This document shows positions 30,631 through 39,937 of a stretch of DNA of 64,000 nt, piece by piece. The stretch comes from Patescibacteria group bacterium (GTDB taxonomy: Bacteria > Patescibacteriota > Patescibacteriia > UM-FILTER-42-10), in NCBI GenBank assembly GCA_041666485.1, contig JBAYGW010000001.1, positions 15,299 through 79,298 of the forward strand, given 5' to 3'. The notes beneath the pieces are model-generated. The model was given only the letters and a program-made list of their open reading frames with translations. It had not been told where the DNA came from and ran no database searches. The first letter of the stretch is position 1. The number at the start of each line of letters is the position of its first letter. Made by a program: the position numbers and the translations under genes.

Positions 30631-32352
30631 CTACCAGCTTCCGCCTCCGCCACCGCCAAAACCGCCGCCGGAAAATCCCCCGCCAGAGAAACCACTTCCT
30701 CCGCCAGAAGCAGATGAAGAAGGTCGGGAAATAAGAGTTGAATTAGTGCTTGTTTGAAAGCTATTTAAACTATTGATTAAATATAACGTGCTGAAATTTG
30801 TGCCGATTGGTCCCTCGTACCAGGACGGCTGCTGCTTATATATTTCGGAGAACTGGCTTGCCCACTCTTTTTCTACACCCAGAACCATGGCATAAGGAAG
30901 TAGATGGTCAAAATGTTCCGGTTTCTTTTCGGGAGCATTATGGAATTTTATTCTGTCTTTTTCAGCAACGGACAAATATGTTTTCAGTCCCAGGATATGC
31001 TCGCGGGCATTCACACCTTTGATTGTCTTTGATGGCATAAATAGGCTGAAGATTAAAACAATTATTCCAGAAAGAATAAATGAAAGTGTATAGAACGCCC
31101 CCAAGATGCCGACAAAAAAACCGACAATAAATATTGCAACACCGATTCCGTTATATGCCAGCCGGACATTTTTAGGGTTTTTGGCGAAATATTTTTTGTT
31201 GACTGTTTCTTTGTATAATTTATCGGTAACCTGAGGGTAGTCTTTGTAAAACTTATTTTTCAGTTCTGAAAGTTTTACTGATTCCTTGTCACCGAAGATT
31301 CCCAGTAAAAGTGTTTTTTCAAAATCGGTTTTCAGTACATCTGCATTGGTAAGCTTAACGAAACTATAGTCCGTTTTCCCCTCACCCTTTATAATTTTCA
31401 GATTACCATTGACTGCAAATTGAATTATTTGTGCGGAAACATCTTTGGTTTGGACTTTTTCATCAATAATCGTACCGACTTCAGCCGCGGTAATATTATC
31501 CGGTGCATCATATTGGGCAATGATCGTGCCTTTTCCTTTAGGATCCCTGCCTTTCACTCGCCAAAGATAAATCATTAAACTAAGAACTATAATCGGCATA
31601 AAAAGTATACCGTTGTCTTTCAGATATTCAATAAATTTATCATAAGCCGTCGGTTCAATAACCAAACCCTTAGGAAAACCGGTAACAATTGTTAATCCGT
31701 CATAAATTCCTAAATCCTGTGCGGTAAATATAGCTTCACTAACGTTATCTGATGAATCAATATTTGTTAATATTGATTCACAATTATTATCTGTTTCATA
31801 CGCCCCAGCAAAGCATTTTGTCTGTAATTTATCTGCCGGTATTTTATCGGGCAATGAAACAGAAGCACTAACCTTGGTGATCGGTACGTCCCACTCGTTG
31901 CCTGTCACATTCCAGTACAGTTCATCCCAATCGGAAAAATAATTCAAAGCCTTTTTTATTGTGTAAGTAATTATATAAGTGTGCTGACCGGTAACAAAAG
32001 CATCGGCATCGCCGATTTTTAATTCAACATTCTTCCCGGGGTACGATATTACATAGTTATACAATTCCCCATATTCATTCGTAACGGAGATATCAGAGAT
32101 GCGAAGATTATAATTTCCGCCACGCGCTTTGTAACTGATCGGGATAAACCGGAATATTCCATGCCGCTGCTGATCAGAAAAATCATAGAGAATCGTCTCT
32201 GTTACAGTAATACTGGAATTATTATTAATCGCGATTTTAGCGTTGAAGTCAGTGACATTTTCAAAATCTGCTGCCAGAGTAGTATTCGGCATTATGAAAC
32301 AAAAGACCGCGATCAAGCACAGTGTTGCAATATTCGCATATTTAATACGCAT
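30631..32352 (-). CDS. DUF2207-family membrane protein with poly-Gly C-terminal tail
   Basis: A signal peptide, a large extracytoplasmic N-domain, 2-3 TM helices, and a C-terminus SGGGSGFSGGGFSGGGFGGGGGGSW characteristic of DUF2207. Confidence 0.65.
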   Translation of the reverse strand: MRIKYANIATLCLIAVFCFIMPNTTLAADFENVTDFNAKIAINNNSSITVTETILYDFSDQQRHGIFRFIPISYKARGGNYNLRISDISVTNEYGELYNYVISYPGKNVELKIGDADAFVTGQHTYIITYTIKKALNYFSDWDELYWNVTGNEWDVPITKVSASVSLPDKIPADKLQTKCFAGAYETDNNCESILTNIDSSDNVSEAIFTAQDLGIYDGLTIVTGFPKGLVIEPTAYDKFIEYLKDNGILFMPIIVLSLMIYLWRVKGRDPKGKGTIIAQYDAPDNITAAEVGTIIDEKVQTKDVSAQIIQFAVNGNLKIIKGEGKTDYSFVKLTNADVLKTDFEKTLLLGIFGDKESVKLSELKNKFYKDYPQVTDKLYKETVNKKYFAKNPKNVRLAYNGIGVAIFIVGFFVGILGAFYTLSFILSGIIVLIFSLFMPSKTIKGVNAREHILGLKTYLSVAEKDRIKFHNAPEKKPEHFDHLLPYAMVLGVEKEWASQFSEIYKQQPSWYEGPIGTNFSTLYLINSLNSFQTSTNSTLISRPSSSASGGGSGFSGGGFSGGGFGGGGGGSW

Positions 32353-32366
32353 GGTTTTATTTATTA

Positions 32367-32633
32367 CTATTTATTTCTCCAATGACGTTTTTGAATATAT
32401 ACTATTTTCCAGCCCCAGAAACCCATAATTAGGCCGCTTGCAGAACCCAGAACCAATAATGCAAGCTGAAGCCATGCCGGCAATGCGCAGCTGCCGGCGC
32501 CAAAGCTATTATACCAGTGAATTTCCGTGACTTCGGTTAAGGAAAGATACGTGTATTCAATTATTGCGTGAACAATAAAACTGAATATTATGCCTAAAAT
32601 TGTAAATGAAAATATGTAAAATATTTTTTTCAT
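32367..32633 (-). CDS. Small two-TM membrane protein
   Basis: 88 aa with two hydrophobic helices, tightly packed between neighbours. Confidence 0.4.
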   Translation of the reverse strand: MKKIFYIFSFTILGIIFSFIVHAIIEYTYLSLTEVTEIHWYNSFGAGSCALPAWLQLALLVLGSASGLIMGFWGWKIVYIQKRHWRNK

Positions 32634-32634
32634 C

Positions 32635-33375
32635 CTAATATAATTCCTGCTGACCCGGCAACATCTGGATAGATCCAGGTAATGTGCCTTTTAAATATGA
32701 ATATCCGTTATGATATTCCAGCTTGTCCATTGAAAAACTTTCCAATTTAGCAAAACGGTTGTTGAGAATGTCCTCAGCCGCTTTCTCTATTCTGTCATAA
32801 TATTTTTCCGGAATCGGTAAAATACCAATCTTAATTTTTTGTACATCAATATCCACCGATTTATTGGAAATCTTTGAAACACCAATCTTTGCGTAAACCG
32901 GTGCGTTCAAATAGGTCTTAACAAATGTTGATATTTCCATCCCCCCTTCAACATATTTAACCTGGGTGTTTTTGATGTGCGGTGCATTCTGCAAAAAGTG
33001 ATCAAGAATTGATGTTACCTCTTCCGAAGTATACTGGGCATCCACGGCAATTTTACCTTTTACTTCTTTATTACCAATTCCTGAAAAAGTGTTCGGGTCG
33101 CCCTTAAATTCAATCGGAAATTTTACCATAGCGGATTGAAACGCTTCATCAGATGGTTGAATACCAAGATTGACCGGTTTGCCGGCGCCAAAAACATCGG
33201 AAATTACCGGTATATGGAACACGCCTGACGCGCCAAGTAATAAGCATGGAAAACCTAAAACTATTAATAATACTATAGTCCAAATAATTGATTTCTTTTT
33301 AAATCTTTTTGGCGGTTTTTCTTTTTCCGGTTTTGTCCGCTCGGTATTTACTGGGGTATTCGTTTCAATTCGCAT
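32635..33375 (-). CDS. Membrane-anchored hypothetical protein
   Basis: A basic N-terminus, a single TM (IIWTIVLLIVLGFPCLLLGASGVF), then a roughly 200-aa extracytoplasmic domain with no recognised family. Confidence 0.5.
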   Translation of the reverse strand: MRIETNTPVNTERTKPEKEKPPKRFKKKSIIWTIVLLIVLGFPCLLLGASGVFHIPVISDVFGAGKPVNLGIQPSDEAFQSAMVKFPIEFKGDPNTFSGIGNKEVKGKIAVDAQYTSEEVTSILDHFLQNAPHIKNTQVKYVEGGMEISTFVKTYLNAPVYAKIGVSKISNKSVDIDVQKIKIGILPIPEKYYDRIEKAAEDILNNRFAKLESFSMDKLEYHNGYSYLKGTLPGSIQMLPGQQELY

Positions 33376-33394
33376 AACATATATTTATAATTGA

Positions 33395-34246
33395 TTAGAT
33401 TGTAATATCCCGACGTTTAAAATAGTATGCGGCAATCAGTGTCGCCAGAATCGCAAATACAGAAAATACTGATATGTTGATCCAGTCTATTGAATTACTA
33501 ACAATCGCGGCCTCATAATCGTAATAGTAAAAAAATGAAAAGTATTTTGTATCCGACCATTTTTCGCTCAAACCGGATATAATTTGTATCACATACATTG
33601 ATATATAAATTCCACCGAGTGTCATATATACCTTGCTTTTTTCTGAAAAAATTGCGGACAATAGCATAGCTAAACTGAAAGTTGCCCATCCAAACAGCAT
33701 GGTGATACAAAAAATGGTTACGTAATTTGCAAATACGTAATGTATCCCATAAATTGCCGCAATTGGAGGGAGTAATACTGTCGCTGAAAGAGTAAATAAG
33801 GCAAGTCCAAATATTCCGGCAAAATACCTGCCAAAAAATATTTTAATTCTGGAAACGGGTCTTGCGAGTATAATTTCGGCTGTTCCTTTTTCAATTTCAC
33901 CCGCTATGCTTAATCCGGCTATTGAAGATATCAGGAATAGCAGCATAATCGGTACCATAAAACTGTAATTTTCCATTGCCAAAAAGTTTTCAAGATTCAC
34001 AAAGCTTGCCTCACTGATCGGGAACATTGACAAAAACGCGTCAGGATAACCGTCTAATAACTTCATAAAATCTTCAGACATACCTTTCATTGACGGAAAT
34101 AATGCAATATACATCCAGGCAACTAACAAAGCTGAAACACAATATATCAGCAGTGTTATCTTTTTATCACGTAGGGTTCTAAAAAAAATTGTTATCATGC
34201 TACATATAAAATTCAATAAATATTTCTTCCAATGACGCATGCTCAA
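33395..34246 (-). CDS. ABC-2 type transporter permease
   Basis: Six predicted TM helices. It overlaps the upstream ATPase gene by 47 nt. Confidence 0.6.
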   Translation of the reverse strand: MSMRHWKKYLLNFICSMITIFFRTLRDKKITLLIYCVSALLVAWMYIALFPSMKGMSEDFMKLLDGYPDAFLSMFPISEASFVNLENFLAMENYSFMVPIMLLFLISSIAGLSIAGEIEKGTAEIILARPVSRIKIFFGRYFAGIFGLALFTLSATVLLPPIAAIYGIHYVFANYVTIFCITMLFGWATFSLAMLLSAIFSEKSKVYMTLGGIYISMYVIQIISGLSEKWSDTKYFSFFYYYDYEAAIVSNSIDWINISVFSVFAILATLIAAYYFKRRDITI

Positions 34247-35072
34247 TATGCAGATCTCTCAAATTATGCCTACTCAGTTTTCCAACCAGCTCATTTAAAT
34301 CACCTCTGACGCCCAAAATTAAACCCCCTGCAATTATTTTTTTGATTATGACACCTTTTAATTCAAATTCACTTGATTCAAAATTATCAGCAAAATAAGC
34401 GGTTACATTGTAAAGCCGTTTGTCTTTCAAATTGCGGGTACTTTCAGTCGCAACCATTTTCCCATTCTTAATTATTCCAACCTTGTGACATACGCGATCA
34501 ACCTCGGAAAGATTATGTGACGACATAAATACGGTTGTTCCATGCTTTGTGAGCTCGCCAATCAAATCATAAAGCGTATTCTGCAATAACGGATCAAGCG
34601 CGTTAGTCGGCTCATCCATAATCAATAATTCCGGCTCGGTCATGAAAGCCATGATAATACCCAATTTTTGCTTATTGCCTGAGGAAAGTGCCTTAACCTT
34701 TTGGGCGGAATCAAAATTGAATCTGTCCGAAATTTTTTGTGCAATATCCGTACCGCCATTCAATCTGCTGACAAAATCAATATGATCCTGTCCGGTCCAT
34801 TTATCGTACAGGCGTAAATTTCCGGAAAGATAGCCAATTTTTTTCTTTAATTTTACTGAATCTTTTTGCGCATTAAATCCGAGAATATTTATACTACCGC
34901 TGGTCGGCCTGATAAAATCCATCATGCACCGGATTGTGGTTGTCTTACCGGCACCATTTGGTCCTAGGAAACCGAAAACCTCCCCCTTCTCTACTGAGAA
35001 GGATACGTTGTCTACCGCTTTATTGTTTCGGAAGTGTTTGGATAGATGATTAACTTCAATAACATTCATCAT
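34200..35072 (-). CDS. ABC transporter ATP-binding protein
   Basis: Walker A GPNGAGKTT, signature LSSGNKQKL, and Walker B LIMDEPTNALD. Confidence 0.9.
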   Translation of the reverse strand: MMNVIEVNHLSKHFRNNKAVDNVSFSVEKGEVFGFLGPNGAGKTTTIRCMMDFIRPTSGSINILGFNAQKDSVKLKKKIGYLSGNLRLYDKWTGQDHIDFVSRLNGGTDIAQKISDRFNFDSAQKVKALSSGNKQKLGIIMAFMTEPELLIMDEPTNALDPLLQNTLYDLIGELTKHGTTVFMSSHNLSEVDRVCHKVGIIKNGKMVATESTRNLKDKRLYNVTAYFADNFESSEFELKGVIIKKIIAGGLILGVRGDLNELVGKLSRHNLRDLHIEHASLEEIFIEFYM

Positions 35073-35083
35073 ACAATGTTATC

Positions 35084-35968
35084 TTAGCTGTTGAAGTCGT
35101 CGTCTTTATTTTTTTTGAATTGCTTGATTACATTATCATACATACCAAGCATGTTATTAAACAGTTTCTCAAACATTATTTCTGTCTTATTTCCAGCCAG
35201 TGGTAGCCGATAATCAAGTTCGCCGTGCGTAACGCGCTGCATACCCTGTGCCAATATCTGATACGGTCTGTTTAATTTTCTGGCCATAAGTAAAGCAATA
35301 ACTAGGAAGATAGGAAGCAGTATTAAGTCCATATATAACAATGATATAAGCATAGTTTTTCTTTCCGCAACTACGTTACCGGCAGATTCATCAACACCTA
35401 AAACTGCGACTGTTTCACCTTTATCATTTAAAATTGGAGCATAACCGGAAATCCATTGACCCCATTTGTCAGTCGCTATCTTATTATCGGTTGAAGGTTT
35501 TATTAATCCTTCTTTCAAATCTGCCTGAGCAGAGACATCATATCGTTCACCGACATCCGGACGCATCTCGGATTCATCAATATAATTATCTCCGTTTGCA
35601 TCTTGCGTTTCTCTCGCCGCCACAACAAAAGTCATTATGTCAACATTTGTGGTCGGCCTCAAAGTATAGATATCAAATATTAATGGATTCCCGTCCATGA
35701 CATTCTTGAAGTAATTTTCAATCGTTTTATAGTCATCCGATCCTTGTTGCTCGTTTGAAATGATATTCTCATGTGTCTGGTAAGAAACGTTATCTGCTAA
35801 ATTTTCCGCAATAATCTTCAGTGATTCACTGGTATTATTCATCATGGCAGTTACTCCAAAATAATATACAAAAATATTTGTGATCAACATAATTGAAATA
35901 AATGCCGTAATTGCATAACGAAAAATTTCTCTTTTAAGCAGATTTGAACGTTTATCAATTTGTTGCAT
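35084..35968 (-). CDS. Sensor-like membrane protein: TM, periplasmic domain, TM, HAMP-like helix, no output domain
   Basis: Two TM helices flank a roughly 150-aa extracytoplasmic domain. The C-terminal 55 aa have an amphipathic HAMP-like pattern (RKLNRPYQILAQGMQRVTHGELDYRLPLAGNKTEIMFEKLFNNM). Confidence 0.55.
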   Translation of the reverse strand: MQQIDKRSNLLKREIFRYAITAFISIMLITNIFVYYFGVTAMMNNTSESLKIIAENLADNVSYQTHENIISNEQQGSDDYKTIENYFKNVMDGNPLIFDIYTLRPTTNVDIMTFVVAARETQDANGDNYIDESEMRPDVGERYDVSAQADLKEGLIKPSTDNKIATDKWGQWISGYAPILNDKGETVAVLGVDESAGNVVAERKTMLISLLYMDLILLPIFLVIALLMARKLNRPYQILAQGMQRVTHGELDYRLPLAGNKTEIMFEKLFNNMLGMYDNVIKQFKKNKDDDFNS

Positions 35969-36047
35969 AACAATAGGGTTTAGGTAATTATTACGTATAT
36001 TATACTAAATAATCGTTTGTATGTCCAATAGAGTCAAATCACGAATA

Positions 36048-36881
36048 CTAAAACAATCTACCATTCATTGATTTACCCGTCTTCTTTGCCGTTTTCTTAT
36101 GTTTACTCGGCTTTATTTGATTTGGTTTTGGCGTAACTGCTGTTACAGCCTCCCGATACCGGCAATAATCACAGTCTAAATTTGCTTCTGGCAGGACTCT
36201 AGTAGAGAGACATTGGTGCGCTTCCATGATTGCTGTCTCTACCCAAGAATCATTCCCGGTATAGGGCAACAGAAATACATCAAATTCCAGCTTTTGATCA
36301 AAGGCTTTGCGGTCTGTTTTACCGTTGCAATAAACGAAATACCCGGTTGCGGATACATTAAATCCGTTTTTTCTGAGCAGCCATTGGTATACTTCCATCT
36401 GCCGTTTATAGCTCTCCTGCCATTCCGCATCAATGGAAATTTCACCGTCTTTGGATGTCGCCTTATAATCCACCACAAGCAACTCATCTTTGGAATTAAT
36501 CCACAGATCATCAATCGCCCCCTTAACCATGAAATTCGTCGGTTCATGCAAATATGCCACTCCACCGCGCAAAGCATTACGCCAATGGTCAATATCCTGG
36601 TGAGCAAATGGTATGGCGTCTATGCCGTAGCTTTTCATTAACGGGTGTTGAGTACCATTGGCACGGTGTAAGTCAAATTCTTTCTTAAGGAGTGTATCAA
36701 CCGCAGAATTTAAATTAAACGGGAACCCCGGAGGACGACCGACACCCAGTCGCCTGTCCAAATAAAAACAGCGCGGGCAGTCAATAAACAAATCAATTTT
36801 AGATCTACTTAGATTAAACGGAACCTTTGATTGCGGGTCAAATAAATTTTTAGTTCTGAGTGCATTGTAATATTGTGACAC
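36048..36881 (-). CDS. PD-(D/E)xK nuclease, Cas4/RecB-like with 4-Cys Fe-S cluster (orphan)
   Basis: N-terminal CPRC and C-terminal CDYC cysteines, motif II D (GAIDDLW), motif III VVDYK (DxK), and QxxxY (QMEVYQWL). Confidence 0.7.
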   Translation of the reverse strand: MSQYYNALRTKNLFDPQSKVPFNLSRSKIDLFIDCPRCFYLDRRLGVGRPPGFPFNLNSAVDTLLKKEFDLHRANGTQHPLMKSYGIDAIPFAHQDIDHWRNALRGGVAYLHEPTNFMVKGAIDDLWINSKDELLVVDYKATSKDGEISIDAEWQESYKRQMEVYQWLLRKNGFNVSATGYFVYCNGKTDRKAFDQKLEFDVFLLPYTGNDSWVETAIMEAHQCLSTRVLPEANLDCDYCRYREAVTAVTPKPNQIKPSKHKKTAKKTGKSMNGRLF

Positions 36882-36882
36882 T

Positions 36883-39696
36883 TTATTCTTCCAATAGTTT
36901 GTTAATTATATCGCCTAATTCATCTATTTTTGAGCCATAAGTTGTCCAATCGCCGGCCTTTTGCGCGTCAATTGCAGAATTGTAAAGCTCTGACGCCTGA
37001 TTAAGCAGCTCATTGTTTGGCGCTGAAATTGGGACTTCATTGTTTATCTCAATTGTTTCATTTTCAGTATCAGTAAATATTTTATTTAATGCCAACTCAA
37101 GCGTTTCTTCCATGGCAATTCGGTTTTCATGTGCAACAATTACACGTTTTAATTCCGGAATTTTTCCGCCCTCTGCCCTTAAATATATCGGCTGAACATA
37201 AATTAAAGATTCTTCTATCGGGATAACCAGCAAATTACCTGAAATTACTTCTGAACCGCGCTGATCCCAAAGAGAAATTTGTCTTGATATTTCAGGATCC
37301 TGGTTTATTCTGTTTATAATTTGATTTGGTCCATAAACTAGCTTTTGTTTCGGAAATCGGTAAACAACAATTTTTCCGTAGTTTTCATTATCATTCCTGG
37401 CAACCATCCAGGCCGCCAGGTTATCCTTACCTTTTGGTGTAAATGGAAGCATCAGTATATATTCCTCCTTTGCTTCACCCGGCAATTTCATTATCATATG
37501 GCGCATCATTGGATCCGATTCCTCATTCTGCGGTTGCGTTGGAATTTGCCACTCATCCTCTTTATTGTAAAAGTTTTGTGGCTCGTCCATATGATATTCT
37601 GAATAGATATCGGTCTGAAAAGCAAATAAATCTTCTGGGTAGCGGATATGCGAACGCAGATCCGTTGGCAATTCATCCATTGATTTAAAAACATCTTTGT
37701 ATAACTTCTGGTAGGCTTGGATAATGGGGTCAGTTGTATCACTGACGTATATATTGGTTACGCCGGTGTATGCATTGATCGTAATTTTTACTGAATTTCT
37801 AATATAGTTTAAATTTGAAACAACAAAAGAGTTCTCTGCCACAAAATCATTCAACCGTGAGTCAGACACCTTTTCCGCATATGGGTAGCGGTTACTGACT
37901 GTGTAGGCGTCATAAATCCATTCCATAGCGCCATTTTCAGTAATTACTAAATAAGGGTCTAAATCAAATTTTAGAAATGGCGCCAGTTTTCGTACTCGGT
38001 CGTCAATATCACGATACATCAATAAACGAGAACTATTTGTAATGTCATTGGAAAGAAATAATTTTGACGATTTGAATCTAAGTGCAAACAGTAACTTATC
38101 CATTAATGATGAAATTTGAACCCCTCCGCTTCCGCTATAGATTGAGTATATATTGTTTTCACCAGAAGGATAATTGAATTCTTCTGCTGAAGAATTAACA
38201 ATTACATAATTATTCGGCATTTCCCCGTAGTATATCTCGGGGTTATTAATTTTTATCTCTTTGATTGATGATTCCGGAGGCAGATCTTTAACGAATAAAA
38301 CCGGCAGTCCCTCCTTTGTAACTTCATTCACCGGACTTAGTGTTAATCCGTAACCATGGGTGAAGGTTAAATGCTCATTAATAAAATTCAATTGCGGCAG
38401 ATTAGCAGTATTCAGCTCTCTGGCTGAAAGCAGTACCTGACGTAGATTACCGCCGATTGTATACCTGTCGTTATCCACAGATAAAAACTCATAATAGGTC
38501 CTTATTTCCTGCAACTGACTGAAGGTATCTAAAAGTGGCTCGCGGTCCCAAAGGCGTATATTCTGGATCGTTAATTGATTGTTATTAATATCCTGATTAG
38601 TCAGCAATGTTTCACCGGTCAAATCTCTTTTTTCAACCTGGTCAATTCCATATGCCTTTTGCGTCGCATCAATATTATTTCTGATATAGGGTGTTTCTTT
38701 TGCAAACTCATTTGGCAGAACAATTAACCGCTGAATGATTTCGGACAGTATCCAACCGCCGATGACACCGACCAGCAGGTATACCAGGATGCTTGAAACT
38801 ACTAGCCTGGTCCAGCTCTTAAACGCATGAATTAATAAAACTATTCCCACAACCAATGCGACTACTGACATAACCTGCAAAACAGGCAGTGTAATATGCA
38901 CGTCGGTATAACTAGCACCGATAAATGATCCCGTCTTGCTGTAAACAAGCGATGGAATTTCAATAAAGTATGTTTTAGCAGAAATGATAATAAAAAAGGT
39001 GGCAAACAAAATAGAAAGCATTCTTTTAGCGGAATGAATAATCCCCGGCCCGGCCGCTTGAAACAGATTTCTTAACCCGCCTTTCAATTGGATTACCCCT
39101 AATAACAGATAAATGAGAACTGATCCGATAACGCCAATAAGGATTATTGCTTCAAACAATCTTATAATCAGCCCGATAAAGGGAAGTGTAAATATGTAGT
39201 ATGAAATATCTTTGTGAAATAGTGGGTCCGTAGAATTAAATGGCGTCTTATTTATATAAAGTAGGATAATCTCCCAGTTTGCTGCTGCAATTAAGCCGAT
39301 TACTATTGATACTAAGATAACAACTGGAATGGTTATTTTACGTATAACCGGGCCGGCATCAATTACCTTCATCTTTGGACCCTGTGGCGTATTTATTTTT
39401 ACATTAAACGACTTGGTTGATGGGGAAAATCTGCGTGCCAGACCAAAAATCAGTGCCAGAATTAGATATGAGCAGATTGCTACACCAAATCCTACTATAA
39501 CTTTTGCAATTAGTGGGGTGGTAAATAACTGCTGGTAACCCACTTCCTTAAACCAAAACCAATCAGTGATTATATTAGCACTGCTAACCAGGGCAACAAT
39601 CAGGATAACCACAATGCCTATGGTTGATATGGTAATTTTTCGTAATTTCTTCATATTTTGCGGAGTATTAGCATGAATAATATAACTATTATACAC
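36883..39696 (-). CDS. UPF0182-family large membrane protein
   Basis: N-terminal DWFWFKEVGYQQLFTT matches the UPF0182 signature (M. tuberculosis Rv0064 DWLWFGELGYRSVFTT). It has about 7 N-terminal TMs plus a roughly 600-aa extracytoplasmic domain and a conserved C-terminal helix (IDAQKAGDWTTYGSKIDEL). Confidence 0.85.
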   Translation of the reverse strand: MYNSYIIHANTPQNMKKLRKITISTIGIVVILIVALVSSANIITDWFWFKEVGYQQLFTTPLIAKVIVGFGVAICSYLILALIFGLARRFSPSTKSFNVKINTPQGPKMKVIDAGPVIRKITIPVVILVSIVIGLIAAANWEIILLYINKTPFNSTDPLFHKDISYYIFTLPFIGLIIRLFEAIILIGVIGSVLIYLLLGVIQLKGGLRNLFQAAGPGIIHSAKRMLSILFATFFIIISAKTYFIEIPSLVYSKTGSFIGASYTDVHITLPVLQVMSVVALVVGIVLLIHAFKSWTRLVVSSILVYLLVGVIGGWILSEIIQRLIVLPNEFAKETPYIRNNIDATQKAYGIDQVEKRDLTGETLLTNQDINNNQLTIQNIRLWDREPLLDTFSQLQEIRTYYEFLSVDNDRYTIGGNLRQVLLSARELNTANLPQLNFINEHLTFTHGYGLTLSPVNEVTKEGLPVLFVKDLPPESSIKEIKINNPEIYYGEMPNNYVIVNSSAEEFNYPSGENNIYSIYSGSGGVQISSLMDKLLFALRFKSSKLFLSNDITNSSRLLMYRDIDDRVRKLAPFLKFDLDPYLVITENGAMEWIYDAYTVSNRYPYAEKVSDSRLNDFVAENSFVVSNLNYIRNSVKITINAYTGVTNIYVSDTTDPIIQAYQKLYKDVFKSMDELPTDLRSHIRYPEDLFAFQTDIYSEYHMDEPQNFYNKEDEWQIPTQPQNEESDPMMRHMIMKLPGEAKEEYILMLPFTPKGKDNLAAWMVARNDNENYGKIVVYRFPKQKLVYGPNQIINRINQDPEISRQISLWDQRGSEVISGNLLVIPIEESLIYVQPIYLRAEGGKIPELKRVIVAHENRIAMEETLELALNKIFTDTENETIEINNEVPISAPNNELLNQASELYNSAIDAQKAGDWTTYGSKIDELGDIINKLLEE

Positions 39697-39937
39697 TTAA
39701 ATCATTAATATGTTTAGCTTGCATTCTAATGCCGGTATTGACAATGAACCAGTTTGATGATAGTTTGTATGCTCGTTACAGTTTATTCCAAATTTGTAAT
39801 GCGGGGTGCACTTGTTGCTTTGCGGCGGAATTATGACTAGTGCGTTCTAGCAACTTGTAGAACAGTCAAATTCCCCACGGGCAAATAGGTGCATCCCCTC
39901 TTTTTTAATATATTGTATTACTTGTTATAATAGAGAT

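Noticed and set aside
30640-30710. Short GC-rich direct repeats (ccgcc/gccgcc) that superficially resemble a repeat array
   Set aside because: They are fully explained as the (GGN)n coding sequence for the DUF2207 glycine tail. There is no spacer/repeat periodicity.
36213-36641. 142-aa plus-strand and 122-aa minus-strand ORFs inside the Cas4-like nuclease gene
   Set aside because: They are alternative frames of a gene whose main frame carries clear catalytic motifs.
39795-39900. Possible tRNA in the GC-rich intergenic island
   Set aside because: I looked for the T-loop GTTCRANYC, a 7-bp acceptor stem closing both ends, and anticodon-arm geometry on both strands. None fit, so it is kept only as an unspecified structured element.
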